From Geosiphon pyriformis uo1 (taxonomy: Eukaryota > Fungi > Glomeromycota): 64,000 bases of DNA. The translations under genes were made by a program, and so were the position numbers. Each line of letters begins with the position of its first letter. Position 1 is the stretch's first letter. Below are positions 35,984-50,689 of this stretch, piece by piece. The DNA lies in NCBI GenBank assembly GCA_016748015.1, contig JAAOMT010000375.1, forward strand, positions 64,946 through 128,945, in the 5' to 3' direction. A model generated the notes under the pieces. The model was not told where the DNA came from. It ran no database searches and saw only the letters and a program-made list of their open reading frames with translations.

Positions 35984-36539
35984 TTTTTGTGTTTAAAAGG
36001 ACAAGAAGTGAGAAGGAGGGTAGACGATAAATTTATGGCTTCAACAACAAAACAATAGTAAAAGGCGATAGCGAACGTGAACACCCTTCCTAAAAAAATT
36101 TTGGTTTTGCTGATCTGATGATTCAGCATCTCCAGGTTTAACTTCTTTATCAGTAAATAAGTTTGGTCTGATAGATGAGATAGAAGATAAAAAATGGATA
36201 ATGGAAATATAATTACGTTCTTTTATGTAATTTGCAAAAGAAATTATTTTCCTGTAATATTTACGAAAACTTTGGATATTAAGGAGGAAGGTGGTCAAAT
36301 TGATATTATAATATTTAAGTTTATTAATTAAACAATTTCTAATATTTTAATAATTAACAAATTTTATTGAATAAAATGTTCAATAATTGATTAACTATAT
36401 GTAACTATATTTATTTCTTAAATTATAAACTTTTTCAATAAATGGTTTTAAATAATAAAAATAAAAATATATAAATTACAATTAATTGCATTTATGTAAC
36501 AATTAATTATTGGAATATATTAAAATTTTATTTTCAAAA

Positions 36540-37000
36540 ATGTTAATTAATTTAAAAATCTGAACTTTTCAATAAAACAATTAATTCTAAATTTGGTGTG
36601 TTTTCTGAAAAAATCAAAGAAAATCTTGAATTGGTTTTTAAATGCTTTATATGCTTCTGTAATTGTAATTATAGCAGGTGGAAATTTTTCTAATTTTTTT
36701 TTCGAATCATTAATTGTATTGGTTTCAATTTAAGCATTGGCTAAAACCATATCTACAATTTTATTATTATCAAGAATATTTTCAGTTGTCAATAATTTAT
36801 TAACTATTATAGTATAAACTTTGAGATTTTTGACTAATTGTTGTGCATTTGATGGTAAATTGTTGAATATATCTATAGCAATTAATGTTTTGGATTCTTA
36901 AATTTCTAATTCTTAATTATAAAAAAAAATATTTATTTTTTGCCAACAGTTTTAAATTGTAATAGGTGTTACTTAAAACAATAATTGAACAATATAATCA
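36540..37000 (-). mobile_element. Degenerate C-terminal fragment of a pogo/Tigger-like (DDE_1) transposase
   Basis: The - strand reads TI*NCWQKINI (TIxNCWxKTGI motif) and then LTTENILDNNKIVDMV..PPAIITITEAYKAF, typical of pogo-family C-termini. TIRs are not recognisable. Confidence 0.6.
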
Positions 37001-38482
37001 ATTGCTTGTTTTATGTTTAATTTATTTTTAAAAAATAAATTAATATTAAATAAAATTATATAATATATAATGATAATAATATTGTATATATTATATTACT
37101 TAACTGTTTAATATTAATTTTTGTTCAAATTAATGTAAAATAATTATATAATTTAATTTTAATTAGTTAAATAGCTAATTATATATAAATTAAAATATTT
37201 AGTTATTATATTATATTAAATAATAATTAGATTATATTTATTAAGTATAATAATAATAATAATTTTATTATTATTATTTACAAATGCAGTCTAATTACTA
37301 TTTAATATACAGAAACAAATTAAGTAATTCTAACTAAATATAATTTATATACTTTCTATACATAACTAATTATTTAGATTAATCTAGGCAATATTATACA
37401 TCTACTTAAATCTTTATATTATTAACCAAACTTAAAAAACAAACAAGTCTTATATAATCTAAAACTAACAATAAAAGACTCTATTATACTAAGCAAATAA
37501 ACTACTTTAATTAACAAAAGTTTAAACAAACTATGTAAAACCTCAGACAAAATTTTATTATTATTAACTAGTTTATTTTTTTTCATATTTATTCTAAACT
37601 TTAACTTAAACAATCACATTTTGTTTTAATGTTTTTTAGCCAAATAACAAACAAAATTAACTATTACTAACACAAACTTTTTTTTATTATCAAAAATTAA
37701 TATTGTTTTATCAATTCAGTTTCTAAAAACAAAATTTTTGCATAAAATTATGTAAATTTTTATATCTAAAATTTCCAAAAAAGTGTGTATAACACTAATA
37801 AAAACAATATAATACAAGCTTTTACTAATGACTTTTATAGCTTAATATGCCTATACAAAATTTTAAAGTATACAAAAACATTCTTTGAACAAATAAAAAC
37901 ATAATTAAGCAATTTAATATTATTGTATACTAAACATAATATACTTAAATAACTTTTATTATAAAGTTTTTTTTAATCAAAATTAACAATTTTCTATAAA
38001 TTATTTTTATCAAATATATACAAAAAATAGCTAAAGTCTAACTAGTAAAACCAAAAAACATATAAGAATTCAAATATCAGACCAAAGCAGTACAAGCTCA
38101 GTTTATGTTTTGAATAAATAAACTATCTAAAATTTCTATATTAAAACTCATTTTTTATTAAACATAATAAATAGTTTAATAAATATTATAAACAAATTAA
38201 TAAGTATTATTAAACACTAATTAATTATTGATTATAACTATTCTTAAACTCTAACAAAAAAAACCAAACAAGACTGTACTATATTATATATTAAAGCATT
38301 AGTTAAGTTGTTATTTGTATCTTCCAAATAGTTTTTGATTTTTATTCACATTATTAAAATGTTTTTTGATCTTATTAAATTAGTCATATGTTGTTTTTTT
38401 ATTCAATACTTATTATAAAAATTAGGCAGACAAAACTTAAACTTTGAAATATATACATTAATAGCAGCTTGGCTATTTGTAT

Positions 38483-41400
38483 TATTATAAATTAAAATAA
38501 TAAGCTAATAGATAGCAAGAAAAAACAAAATTATAGAATGATAGAAATAATCAAAAAAAAATTACAATATAAAAGTAAATTAAATAAGTAAAGATTTAAT
38601 GTGTGTGATTAGTTTTATAAAAATCACAATCACAAATTTTTTCTGAAAATCTGAAGATAAAAAAATAAACCATAATTGTTAATAAGATAATATTGTTGCT
38701 ATTATTTTATGTTTTAACTTAATAATTTTTAAAATCAATAACAGATATCATTGTGTTTTTCAATTGTTTTTTTATTTAATAAATTACAAGAATAAGTAAT
38801 TACTTTTTAGGCTAATTTTAACAATACAAATCAAGAAAAGAAAAAGATAAGATATGTAAATGCCAACAAATAATCTTTCATTTCAAGATATTCAGATACT
38901 TGAAGGTAGAGAAAAAAAAATAAGTAATATGAAAGGAAGTAATTAATAGTGAGTTTTATTTTGTTATTTGATTATGTTTTTCTACAGCTAAGTAACTTAA
39001 TACTTATATAACTATTAAAAATGATCAATAATTATGTCAACAACTAAATTAATGATCAGGTCAACAATCAGATCAATGATCAAATTATTGATTAGGTCAA
39101 CAGTTAGGTTATTAATCAGATCAATGATCACTATCTAAAAATAGAGTGGCTAATTATATAATATTGTTACAAGTTGGAGTAACAAGCTAACAGATAGCAA
39201 GAGAGAACAGGATTGTAGGGTGATAGAAATAATCAAAGGGAATTTCAACTTTAAAAAGCGAATTGAATAAGTATGGATTCAATGTGTAAGATCAGTCTCA
39301 TAAAATATCTCAGTCACTATTTTTTTCAAAGGTAAATAGGGAATCTGAAGGTAGAGGGATAGTCCATACTGTCAACAATTGATTACCACTGGTATAATTC
39401 TATGCCTTATGTCGGCACTCTTAGAATTCAATATCAGGTATTAACTTGTGCTTTTCAGTCACATTTATTCAAATAATCTTCAAATGCTACAATTATATAT
39501 GTCAAAAAAAGGCCAACAAGTAATTTTTTATCTTTAAGAGGTTCAAATACTTGAAGGTAGGAAAAGGAAAATTAGCAATAAGAGAAGGATTGAGATAAAA
39601 GTTGTTATTTTATTTATTTTTGATTATTCAAATACTTGTTATTACATGTTTTTCTACAGCTAAAGATTTATCATTTATATAACTATCAAAAGTGGTTAAT
39701 GATCAAGTCAATGATCAGGTCAATGATCAGATTAATGATCAGGTCAATGATCAAGTCAACAGTCAGATTATTGATCAAGTCAATGATTACTATTTAAAAA
39801 TAGGGTGGCTAATTATATGACATCAGTGGCTAATACATGTGATAACTAATAAAAACTATGAGTTTCAACCGTAACAATATTAGTGGTTAATACATATAAT
39901 AACTAATAAAAAGTATTGGGTTAACTCCATCAAAATCAAGCTATTTATAAAATAATCTGATTAAAAAGTTTTGTTTAGCTCAAAACTAATTAGTTTATTG
40001 AAGTTTTTTGTAAATAAAATATATAATATCTAAGGCAAAATGAGTTTTGTATTCAAGAAACCAAATTTTTGTATAAAAATTTTGGCTTATTTAGCAATGA
40101 TCAAAATTTTTAGAACATCTAATTATATAATACTCAAAATTTTTATCTGTATCTTTGAAGTTGTTTTTTTTATAGCTTTATATTCTCTATAATTTCATCA
40201 AATGACCATAGAGTTTTAATTGCCTTTTATATAACAAGTTTTTGTTTATGAATAAGATTTTCTTAATTGGTTTTCTAATTATAATAGAGAATAAAAGTAT
40301 TGCTACTATTATATTTTTTAGCAGATATTTATCTATTTTACTACCAATTCTTTCTCTTTTAGTAGTTGTTTTCTTTGATTTAATAACAGTATGTGTTCTA
40401 TTATTATTAGTTATAATAGTCTGTTTTCCAATAGTCAGAGTAATATTTGAATAGTTTTTGATCCAATACTTATAAAAAGTATAGAAAATATTTTGAATGT
40501 TTTGATCCAGAAAATAATTGTTTATATTGATTGAAGATATCTCTGTTTTAGGAATGGTGTATTTATTTATACTTAATTTTTGCTGATTATTTGGATTGGT
40601 ATTATCACAACAGACAATTAATTAGATCATTTGTAATATTTCTTAAGTTATATATTATAAATAAAGTAATTATTAAAGATTGTTTTATATTAATCTTGTA
40701 AAATATAAAAACTATTGTTTAAAATTTTGTTCACTAAAAAGAGTCTTTTCTATTATTTAGAGAATTTATCACTATAAACATTGTCTCTGTTTGAGCAATA
40801 TTTCAAAACTAAGTTATCAATATTTAAGAAAAGTGTTTGGTAGATTTTCTTTTTTTTAAGCTTTTTTTTAAACTGTTTTATCTTTTTAAAGACAATTATT
40901 TGTGCTTCTACTAAGGAATCAAGAATGGTACCAAGTTTTTTTTACAAAATGTCTTTATAATTTCTTATTATGATTTTTTTAAAGGATATTGTTTCAATAT
41001 TAGTTTCTATTAGTAGAGTTGCTATTTGTTTATAGAACAAATAAAAAGATTTATAACTTGTTATGTCATGATTTACAGTTTTATAAACAAACAAAGCTGA
41101 AAATAGTAGTTTGTCTCATAAGTTTGTTTTTTTATTGGTTTTGGCTAATGTTTCACATAGAATTCTATTAAAATATTCTACTAAGTCATTTGTTTGAAAG
41201 TAATAAAAAAAAAAGTTTATAATATATTCCTATTTTTTTACAAAGTTCTTTAACCAATATACTAAGAAAAGCTCTTTTCTTATTAAATAAAAGTTCTTTA
41301 GAGCAGTCATAATAACAAATAATATCTTTACAAATGAAATTGGCTATTAAAACTGCTATTTAGTTTGGAGTGGCTCTTGTTTCTAACTACTTTATAAGAT

Positions 41401-44400
41401 AGTTAATAGCTGTAATAATATATCTATAGCTATAAAAAATTATTATTAAAGATCCAATAACATCTATATTAATTTTGTTAAATGGTTGATTAATAAAGAT
41501 TGAATAAATATCTTCTTTGCAATTAGATTTTCCTCTTTTTTGACAGATGTTACAAATTTTAATGTATTTAGCAATCTCTTTTTTTAAGGTAGGCCAATAA
41601 TAATAAGCTAAAGTTTTCTGAATTGGTTTTTTTTCTAAAGTGTTTAGTTAATGAATTAGTATACATGTTGTAAATCATAATTTTTCTTTTTTCAAATCTT
41701 ATAACTCTTTAGAAATGATCAAAATTTTTTTTATTTTTTTATATAGTTGGTTTTAGCAAATTAAATAGAAATTTGATTGTTTGCACAAATGTTCTCTTTG
41801 CTGTTAAGTGTATTTTAATGGGTATTGTTTTTTATTCAAAAATTCTATTAAGATAAAGTAGTTGTTTAAGTCCATTATTGTGTTTGGTTAAGAGAGAATT
41901 ACTAATAATTAAGTTGATTTGATTTGTAAAAATTGTATTGTTATTGGGTAATAAATCTGAAAAGAGCATTGGCATTTTGATAATTTGCTCTTTTTTAATG
42001 TTAAATGTCATAGTTAAATTCATTCAAATAGAATATCTAGCAAGTTATTCTTTTGTGTTTCAGCTTTTTTTTGTTGTGTAACCAAAACAATACTTAATAA
42101 TCTGTTATCATTAAGAATTTTACATTAAAAATATATTTATTCTAGTAACTAATAGCCCAAACTACTGCTAAGCATTCTTGTTTAATAACTAAATAATTTT
42201 GTTCTGCTAATAAGAGTGTTCTACTTGCATATACTATAATATGTTTTTTGCTATTTTTATCTTTCTGTAAGAGGATAGCACCAAGTTTATAACCAGATGT
42301 ATCAATATAAAGGATAAAAGATCAATTCAGATCAGATTGTATAAGTATAGGTTTTGTAACTAATTTTTTCTTTAAAGTTTTAAATGTTTTTTGTTAATAT
42401 GTATTCCAGTAATAATTGATAGTTTTTTTGAGTAGCTGATTAAGTAAAAAGACAATTTTGGAGAAATTCTTGATGAATTTGCAATAATAAGAGACCAATT
42501 TAAGAAAAAAGCATAGTTTATGAATATTTATTAATTATCTAATATTCTGGACTTTTTTAACTTTAGCTAAGTCAGAAAAGATTCCATTTTTTGTAATAAA
42601 ATGACCAAAAAACTGGATGGATTAATGTTTAAAGAAAGATTTAATTAGGTTAATCTTAAGATTAGTATTTCTAAGAAGGTCAAAATTTTTTTGTAAATAT
42701 TTTAGGTATTTATCTCAAATTTTTGAATATATTATTATATTATTTAAATAAACCTGAACAAAGTTTTCTTTTACTGATTTAGATACTTTGTCTATTAAGT
42801 ATTAAAAGATAGAAAGGATATTAGTAAGACCAAAAAACATGACTGTAAATTTGTAGATGCCATACTTGGTAATAAAGACAGTTTTCTTCTTGCTTTCTGA
42901 ATTCATTTCTACTTGTCAGAATTCAGCAATTAGATTAATAGTTGAGAAAAAAGCAGCACTATTAAATTTGTTTAACATTGTATCAATCTTAGAAAGTGGA
43001 TACATATTTATTTAGTAATAGTATTTAATTGACAATAGTCAACATAAAAGTGTAGAGCTCCACCTTTCTTGAATATTACTACAACTAAAAAAGCCTATTT
43101 ACTTTTGGTTTTTTGTATAAATCCAAAATTTTTTATTTGGTTTATCTTTTTCTTAATAAACTTATCATTGTATTAATTGGATTGATAAAATTTTAGATAG
43201 ATAAAACAAGCTTCTTTGGTAATAATAATATGTTGTATTACATAGATTTATCTAAAAGTATTACTTTTTTTGAAATAACTGAGCTATTTTTAACCAACAG
43301 ATTTTTAATGTCTACTTTTTTTTTCCAGAGAAAAGTTCTTTTTGTTCTATTGCAAATAATTGGTTTATTTTCAAAGGACTTCTGTACTTTTTTTATTTTT
43401 TCTCTGGATATCAAATTAATTGGTTCTTAATTTTTGTAATAGATTAAATAGGACTTGTATTTATTACTAAAAAAATACAAAAATTTATTACACTAGTATT
43501 AGACATAAGAACCATGTTACTAATATCTGTATTTGACTTTCTTGTCAGGCTTTCTGTTAAAAGTTCTTCTAAAAATATCATAGTAAAACCAACAGATCAT
43601 TTTGTTATTTACAATAATTTCTTTTTTGTCAGCTTTAATATTGTTTAGTGACTTGCTATTGCTGGTAAAGATGATGTAGATAAGTTTAATAGTTTCTTTT
43701 TGTTCTTCTTTTTTATTACTCTTTTCATTATTTGATTTATCTGATTGTTCTTTTTCTTGGTTCTGCTTAAGTATTGAGAGAATTGTCTAATAATAACACT
43801 TAACTACAATAAGCCTTTTATTTTATCTAATAGTTAGTTCATACAGTTTATAGTCAAGTAAGACTTTGGCTTTTTTTAACCACTCATTGCCAACAATTAT
43901 GATGTATTCTTTGATTTCAGATACTTTTATGTTAGTTTTAATGCTAATGCCATTAATGCAAACAGAAATGACTTTGACAATACCAAGTTCTTTTTTTTTG
44001 TTATTATGCATATTAGTCATAGGTCTGGTTGAGAGTTTATTAATTTTTTTACCAATGGTTTTCAAGAAATGTTTAGCAATAACATTCACAGAAGATCTAC
44101 TGTCTAGGATTAGATTAATAAAGTAACTAGCCACTTGGACTTTGTAAATCAAAAGGGTGATATTGCTATTGTTAATAAGTTTAGTTTGTTAAGAACATTT
44201 ATTGGTTTTTGGTGTCTTTTTTTTTTGAAATCAAAAATTTATGGAGATTTTTTCTAAATTATGAATGGATTATTAACTGGCCAAAGGTAATGTGAACCAG
44301 AATTTTTATAAGATCTTTGACAACAAAATAGAAATCAAATTTTTGTACAATTTCTGAGGGTTCTAGTTTTGGAAAATTCTTAAAAACTTTAGTCTTTGAT

Positions 44401-46929
44401 GGCTTATTGTTATTAATAGTTAATGTTGAAGCTTTTTTAAGTTCTAAGACAAAATTAATCTTGGCTTTTTTTTTTTTTTTGTTAAGTTTGAAAGGTTGAT
44501 TGCCAGTTTATTTATATTATGGTTATCATCAATTAGATTAAAAGTATAAAAGGGGTTTTCTTCTAGTTGGCTTGCACTCTTACTTTTTGAAGATGTACTT
44601 ACTAGTTTAAAAACTAATAAACAATGGCTTTAACTAAGAAATTTTTCTCAAAGAAATTAATATTGACATGATTGGATTTTTAATTAAAGATATTGTTGTT
44701 GTTAGGTCTGTTGTTCTGATTATTATTATTTCTAAAAGCTGAAAAAGCAAAGAAAAATTGTTGTATTTTCTTAAAAAGTGTCTAATTAATCCACAATAAT
44801 AACATACAAGTAGACCACAATTTTTCTGTCTTTAATAAGAAGGTTGTTAAAGCTGGTTAAAATGTGATTCAAATCTGGGTCTTTGTAATTATTAGTTGTC
44901 TTTAACTGTTTGGGCCAAAAATTCTAATAAACAGGCAAAATTAGCTATAAGTTTGTCTATTAATTGTTTATTAAAGTCTTGAGTATGAGCAGCAAAAGAA
45001 GTAATAATTATTTGTGAAGCAGAAGTCATAACAAGAATAATAATAAAAACTGGAAATATGAATCCTAAATGTATTCTTTGGTTGTTTTCAATTTTTTGAG
45101 TAAGTTTAATAGTCATGTCTATTGTAAAATTGTTTTTCAGAGCCAAAAAAGACCAAAAAGCATAAGATAAGTCAGTTTTCAATCCTTTTGTAAAAGAGTA
45201 AATCTTTTGCTTTTTTATTTAATTCTTTTTAAAATCTACTTTTTTAATTAACTTTTTTATTGTTTTGGCATATTTGGTTACAACTTCACTGAAATTTTGA
45301 GTTCTTTTTTCCAATTCTATATGCCATTTTGAGATTAAAATAGAGGTTCTAAATTTGTTTTTAAACTAAATGGTAAAAAAAGTGTTGTTTTTTTCAATAT
45401 TTACTTGTGCTTATCTTATAATTCTTTACTAAGTATTGGCATTAATTTCTTGTAAAAACCAGGTAGTAGAAGAGCCTTGAAAATAGCCACCAATAATTTA
45501 GAACTTGTATTCATCATTATACTAATTTGTAGTGGCTGCTTTTTTAAAATTATTCAACCATTTTATTAGATCTTAGATATTACTTCTAAATAGTGGTAGT
45601 GGAATGTTATTTCTTTATTCTAAAGCAGTTTGTATGTCTTGAAGAGTGGTTAAAATGCTTTGTTGTATGGGATTATTAACCATTAGTTCAGAAGTAGCTA
45701 TTTGTATAGAATATTCTAATTTGCTTGAAAAGAGATCAAAAACAAAAACAGTTTAATAACTTTTTTTTTCTGTTTCAAAGGAGGTTTTAGCTAACTGGTG
45801 GACAGCAATCCATATGTAAATTTAATGATACAGATATTCGAAATCAGAAGGCTGTTGTTCAAAGATTGTAAAGTATAAAAACTGATTAATACTGTTGTTT
45901 TTTTCTTCAAAATTGTCTTTAAAATAAGCTTGGTCAAAGTAATAAATTGTATAGACTGTGTAAGTTTTAGCTGAATGCTTATTTAAAAGCCAGTTCCAGA
46001 AGTTTTGAAATTGTTTACTGGATTGTTTTTCAAAAAGAAAACAGATTAAACAAGAGAGCAGAGGATTGAATATAATAAAATTTAGATTGTTTCTGTTGTG
46101 TACTGCAAAAATGTTCTTCTAATTATTGTGACAGATATAAATAATCACCTATACAATAAGAAAATAAGTGGATTTTAACAACCTTATAAGAAGCACTACT
46201 TTTATGTTATGGATTAAAGTAACAAGTTAATAAATAGTAAGGAAAAACAGAATTGTAAAGTAATAGAAATAATCAAAAAAAGAATTACAATATAGGAGTA
46301 AATTGAATAAATAAGAATTCAATATATGTAATTAGTCTTATAAAAATCACAGTCACAAATCTTTTCTGAAAATCTAAAAGTAGAGAAATAGTCTATAATT
46401 GTCAATAAAATAACACTACTATTATTATTTTATGTCTTAATTTAGCAATTTTTAAAATCAATAACAGATATTATTGTGCTTTTTAATTATTTCTTTATTC
46501 AATGAATCACAAAAGTAAGCAATTGCTTTTTAGGCTAATTTTAACAATACAAATTAAGAAAGAGAAAAGATAAAGTATGTAAATACTAATAAGTAATCTT
46601 TTATTTCAAAATATTTAGATATTTGAAAATAAGAAAAAAGGAATAAACAATATAAAAGGAAGTAATTAATAATGGGTTTTATTTTATTACTTTGATTATA
46701 TCTTTCTACAGCTAAAAAACTTATTACTTATATAGTTATTAAAAATAGTTAATAACCAGATCAATAATTAGGTTAACAATTAGGTCAATAATTAGATTAT
46801 TGATTAAGTTAATAGTCAAATTATTAATTAGATTAATGATCACTATCTAAAAATAGAGTGATTAATTATATAATATCAGTAGTTAATACATATAATAACT
46901 AATAAAAAATATAAGTTTTAACCATAACA
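38483..46929 (-). mobile_element. Complete degenerate Ty3/Gypsy family 2 element (gag-PR-RT-RH-INT, no dUTPase) with 4-bp TSD GTAT
   Basis: LTRs at 46205-46929 and 38483-about 39915. GTAT at 38479-38482 and 46930-46933. PBS remnant about 46182-46198. Knuckle CYYCGLIRHF about 44790, PR LILDSRSSVNVI (ORF 43823-44152), RT VYLNNIII about 42745, integrase YWPTLKKEIAKYIKICNICQK about 41530-41600. Confidence 0.92.
39165..39876 (-). mobile_element. Solo LTR of Gypsy family 2 inserted inside the 3' LTR of the same family, TSD ATAT
   Basis: TGTTAC..GTAACA termini. ATAT at 39161-39164 and 39877-39880. The host LTR resumes in register afterwards. Contains a 12-bp array (gtcaatgatcag) at about 39695-39790. 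Confidence 0.92.
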
Positions 46930-49900
46930 GTATATAAAACTACTAAACAAAAAGAAAAAACACATTTTAATATTAAAACAACTACCTATAATTCTGATAT
47001 TATCAAAGATAACAACCTATGTATTTTAATTTTTATTTTTATTTTAATATCAAAAAAATATGCTATTGTCTTATTAGTTACTTTTGCAATTCTCAATTTT
47101 TTTAATAAACTATTAATATAAATGCTAATTGTTTTAGTCCACAATTTATATAAACATTTTTAAATATCTAAAAATTTTTTTGAGCAAAAAAAATTTAAGC
47201 AGCCAAACTTAAAAGTAAATTTATTAGCTCCAATAAAAAGATTACTTATATATACTAAAGCTTTTATAAACTATAGTGGCACTAAGTCTTAAAAACTCAA
47301 TCTTTTTAACAATAAAATGTTTTTTAATTTACAATTATCTTATGTTTGTTTAATAATTTGTTCTTAAAAACAATGCCAGAATGCTTTAAAAAACAAATTA
47401 CATTAAAATAAAAAAATTTTTTAGAATTACAAACATTAAGAAATACTTAGATTCACAAAATACATTAAACAAATTGTTTATTAAAGATATTTTATTATTT
47501 AAAAAAATTTCTACAATACTTACTAAAAAATTATTAATTGAGTTAACTTTTAATTTAATTAAATACTACAGCAAATTTATAGATGTTTAATCTAGAATTT
47601 GTAAATTCAAAAAACAGTGCTTAAACAACTGGCCAAAAACTTCTATTGTATTAGAAAACCAAACTATTGAAACTATTTTTGTTTTTGTTTATATCTGCTT
47701 AAAAAATTTTAAAACATAATACAAAGTTTTATTAAGAAAGTTTTTTGGTAAATTGGTTTTAAATTTAAGCTTTTTTCTTATTATAATATTTTATTTTTGA
47801 TATATATTTTTAAATACAAAACTGAACTATATATAATAATTTACTATAAGCTATAAAATTACAGAAATTAAATAAAAAAACTGTTTATTTAACAATGTTT
47901 TCTTAAAAACCAAATTTGAAAAAAATCTGACATTTGAATAAACTTTAACAAACTTAACTTAAATATGTTATTTATAGACAAAAAAATTCCCAAATATTTA
48001 TAAAATTCACTATGTATAACAATAAAAATTGGCTGATTATTAATGTACAAAACAATATTAATAACTTTTTAATTAATAAAAATAATCACTGTTTTGTTAT
48101 TATTAATAAAAATGTCATTGATCTTAAAAAACTTACTAACAATATTCAGAATATATTACATCAAAATCTAATCATACTTTATCTAAATTTTATTATTAAT
48201 AAAAGCACTAACTATAAAAAAAACAATTTTTTTCTACTAATTTCTACTTTATCTATGTTTATTATAAAGTTTGTGTTAATTTTATATTCATATAAATGGT
48301 TGGTTTTTTTATATTACACAATAAAAAATCATAAAAAATTTTTCAAAAAAATAGTGAGAAAATTTTACTTTAATTTAACTTATTAAGCATATTATAACTA
48401 TTTAAAAAACCAAAATTAGTTATTATTTTATTGTTTTTGTTTTTGTAAATATTACCAAAAAACTCAATAAACTTATTATATATCTTAATATGTCTTAAAT
48501 TAATCTTTAAATAATATTATTCAACTAAGTTATAAGTTTTGCATATATTTTATAAAACCAATTAAAGTTTTTGTCTCTTTTTTAAAGTATTTTCTATAAT
48601 TAAACCAACAGTAAATACAAAAAATTAAGTTAAAATACTCTTTAAAATTAAGAAATTATTATCTTAAAAAATATTAAATTTACTATATACAGATAAAATA
48701 TAATCAAATAAAATTTTAAACAAAATTTTTTTAGCTGTTTTAATTAAAGCAAAAGATCTGATGTTTATAAAAACACTATTTTAATCATAAAATTTAAGGA
48801 TTATTAAAACTTATATTCTTTTTTAAAGACTTAGAACATTACTAATAGCCAAACAAAAGTTTAATAAATTCAAAAAACAATCTACTATTATATTATTATA
48901 ATATTTTAATAATTTATTAAAAATATCAGATAGGCTAACCACTTTGTTATTAAACAAACTACCAATTATTAAACCCAATTTGTTTATGTTAATTTTATTC
49001 ATTATATAAAAAAAACTATTATTTTTTATATAACTTAATAATACATATTATTAAAATCATAAATTAAGCAAAAACAAAAACATCTTATACTTTTTTATTT
49101 ATTTTATTATAATTTTATTAATTTTAAGCTTTATTTTTTCTAGCTTCAAAATTAAGTTCTTTTTAATTACTCAAAATCATTTTACAAAAAAGCCATTTTA
49201 AAACACTCTTTATTATATTATTCTTATTAAAAATAAAATTTTTTATTTATTTCTTAATTGTCTTCTTAATAAATATATTTTTAACTATTTCTAACTTATA
49301 ATATTTGGATTTATGATAACTTTTTTTGACTTTTAACAATTGTTTAACTATTTTAGTATATTTTATCTGTAGTTAACTAAACTTTAATAAAACTATTAAA
49401 TTCAGACATATTACTTAAACTTAATTTTTATTTTATTTTAATAATTAATAATTATAGCTTAAAAAATTTTAAAGATTATTTGTTTCTTAAATAATTAAAT
49501 TTATTAAATCAATATTTAAAAAAAAGTTCATTAATTAATTCTAACATCACTTTTTTTAATACTTTCTATATTGTATTCAAATCTTCAAGATTTTAATAGT
49601 ATTAAACTTATTTTATATTATTAAAAATCTATTAAATAAGCATTTTTCAAATTATAATTATATAGCTTTATCTGTATTTTTTGTTTTAAACTTTTAATAA
49701 TTATTATTAGTTTGCTTGTAAATACTATTTAGACAAATATTTAATAATTTTTCTAAGTCAACTAAAATTACAACTGTCTTGTAATCTGTATTAAAAAACT
49801 TGACTACTAAATTAATACTATAATTTACAATTACTAATATCAAATATTTGTTTAAAAAAATGTAATTAATAATCTTTTTAATTTTTTTAGAATTGTTTTA

Positions 49901-50314
49901 AATAGAAATTTTGACCAAAAAATAATCACAAAATAAGTTAACCATTAAAAAAACTTTTTTCTAAACTAAACATAAAAATTTATATATTTTTAAATTTATT
50001 TATGATCTATAACTTAATATTAAATTTCAATTTTATTTCTGTAATAATAAAAATTATATTGTTAAATTTTATATGCCAATGAATAATGTTTTTTTATTTA
50101 ACTAAATTGTTTATTTTTCTTATATTGTACATAGCAATTTTTTAAACAAAACTGATTATTAAAAAAAGTAAAAATCTAAATCCAAAACAAGATTGTTTAC
50201 TTTAATTAAAAGATCCAAAATCATATTTGATAAGTATTTTATATGATTTTTTAATTTTAAGAAGTTTAATAAATTTGAAACCATTGTTTTTATAATAGTT
50301 CTACTATTAATAAT

Positions 50315-50316
<2 letters not shown>

Positions 50317-50357
<41 letters not shown>
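50317..50357. repeat. (AAT)n microsatellite
   Basis: Directly visible. Confidence 0.9.
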
Positions 50358-50689
50358 TAAATATAAATATAAATTATTTTATTAATAAATTAAATACAAA
50401 AATTTGTTTTTAATATTAATATAATATTAATATAAGTTTAAATAACCAATTATATATAAAAAATATGTAATTTATATTTATTATAAACATATATATAAAT
50501 TATATATATAAATAATAAGAAAGTTAAATTTAATTAAGGCAAAAAAAATACATAATCTTTTTACTTTAAAATATGAATATAAATTATACACTTTTTTTTT
50601 GAAATAAAATCAGATTATTAAACCAATTTTTTGATAAAATAATTATGTATTATCTTTATAATTTTTATTTTATTATTATTATTATTTTT

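Larger units (their letters stand above)
37270..50310 (-). mobile_element. Extremely eroded 5'-truncated LINE (end of ORF1, ORF2, 3' module), split in RNase H by the Gypsy family 2 element
   Basis: 3' module at 37270-37405. Sequence on both sides of the Gypsy (38460-38482 and 46930-47000) matches RNase H at 51890-51970. ORF2 start remnant FV*KIAMYNIRKINNLVK*KNIIHWH at about 50070-50155. Confidence 0.8.

Noticed and set aside
36110-36172. TGATGA..CTGA as a C/D snoRNA, or CTGATGA as a hammerhead core
   Set aside because: Too short, antisense to the neighbouring gene, no identifiable guide sequence, and no stem II/GAAA arrangement.
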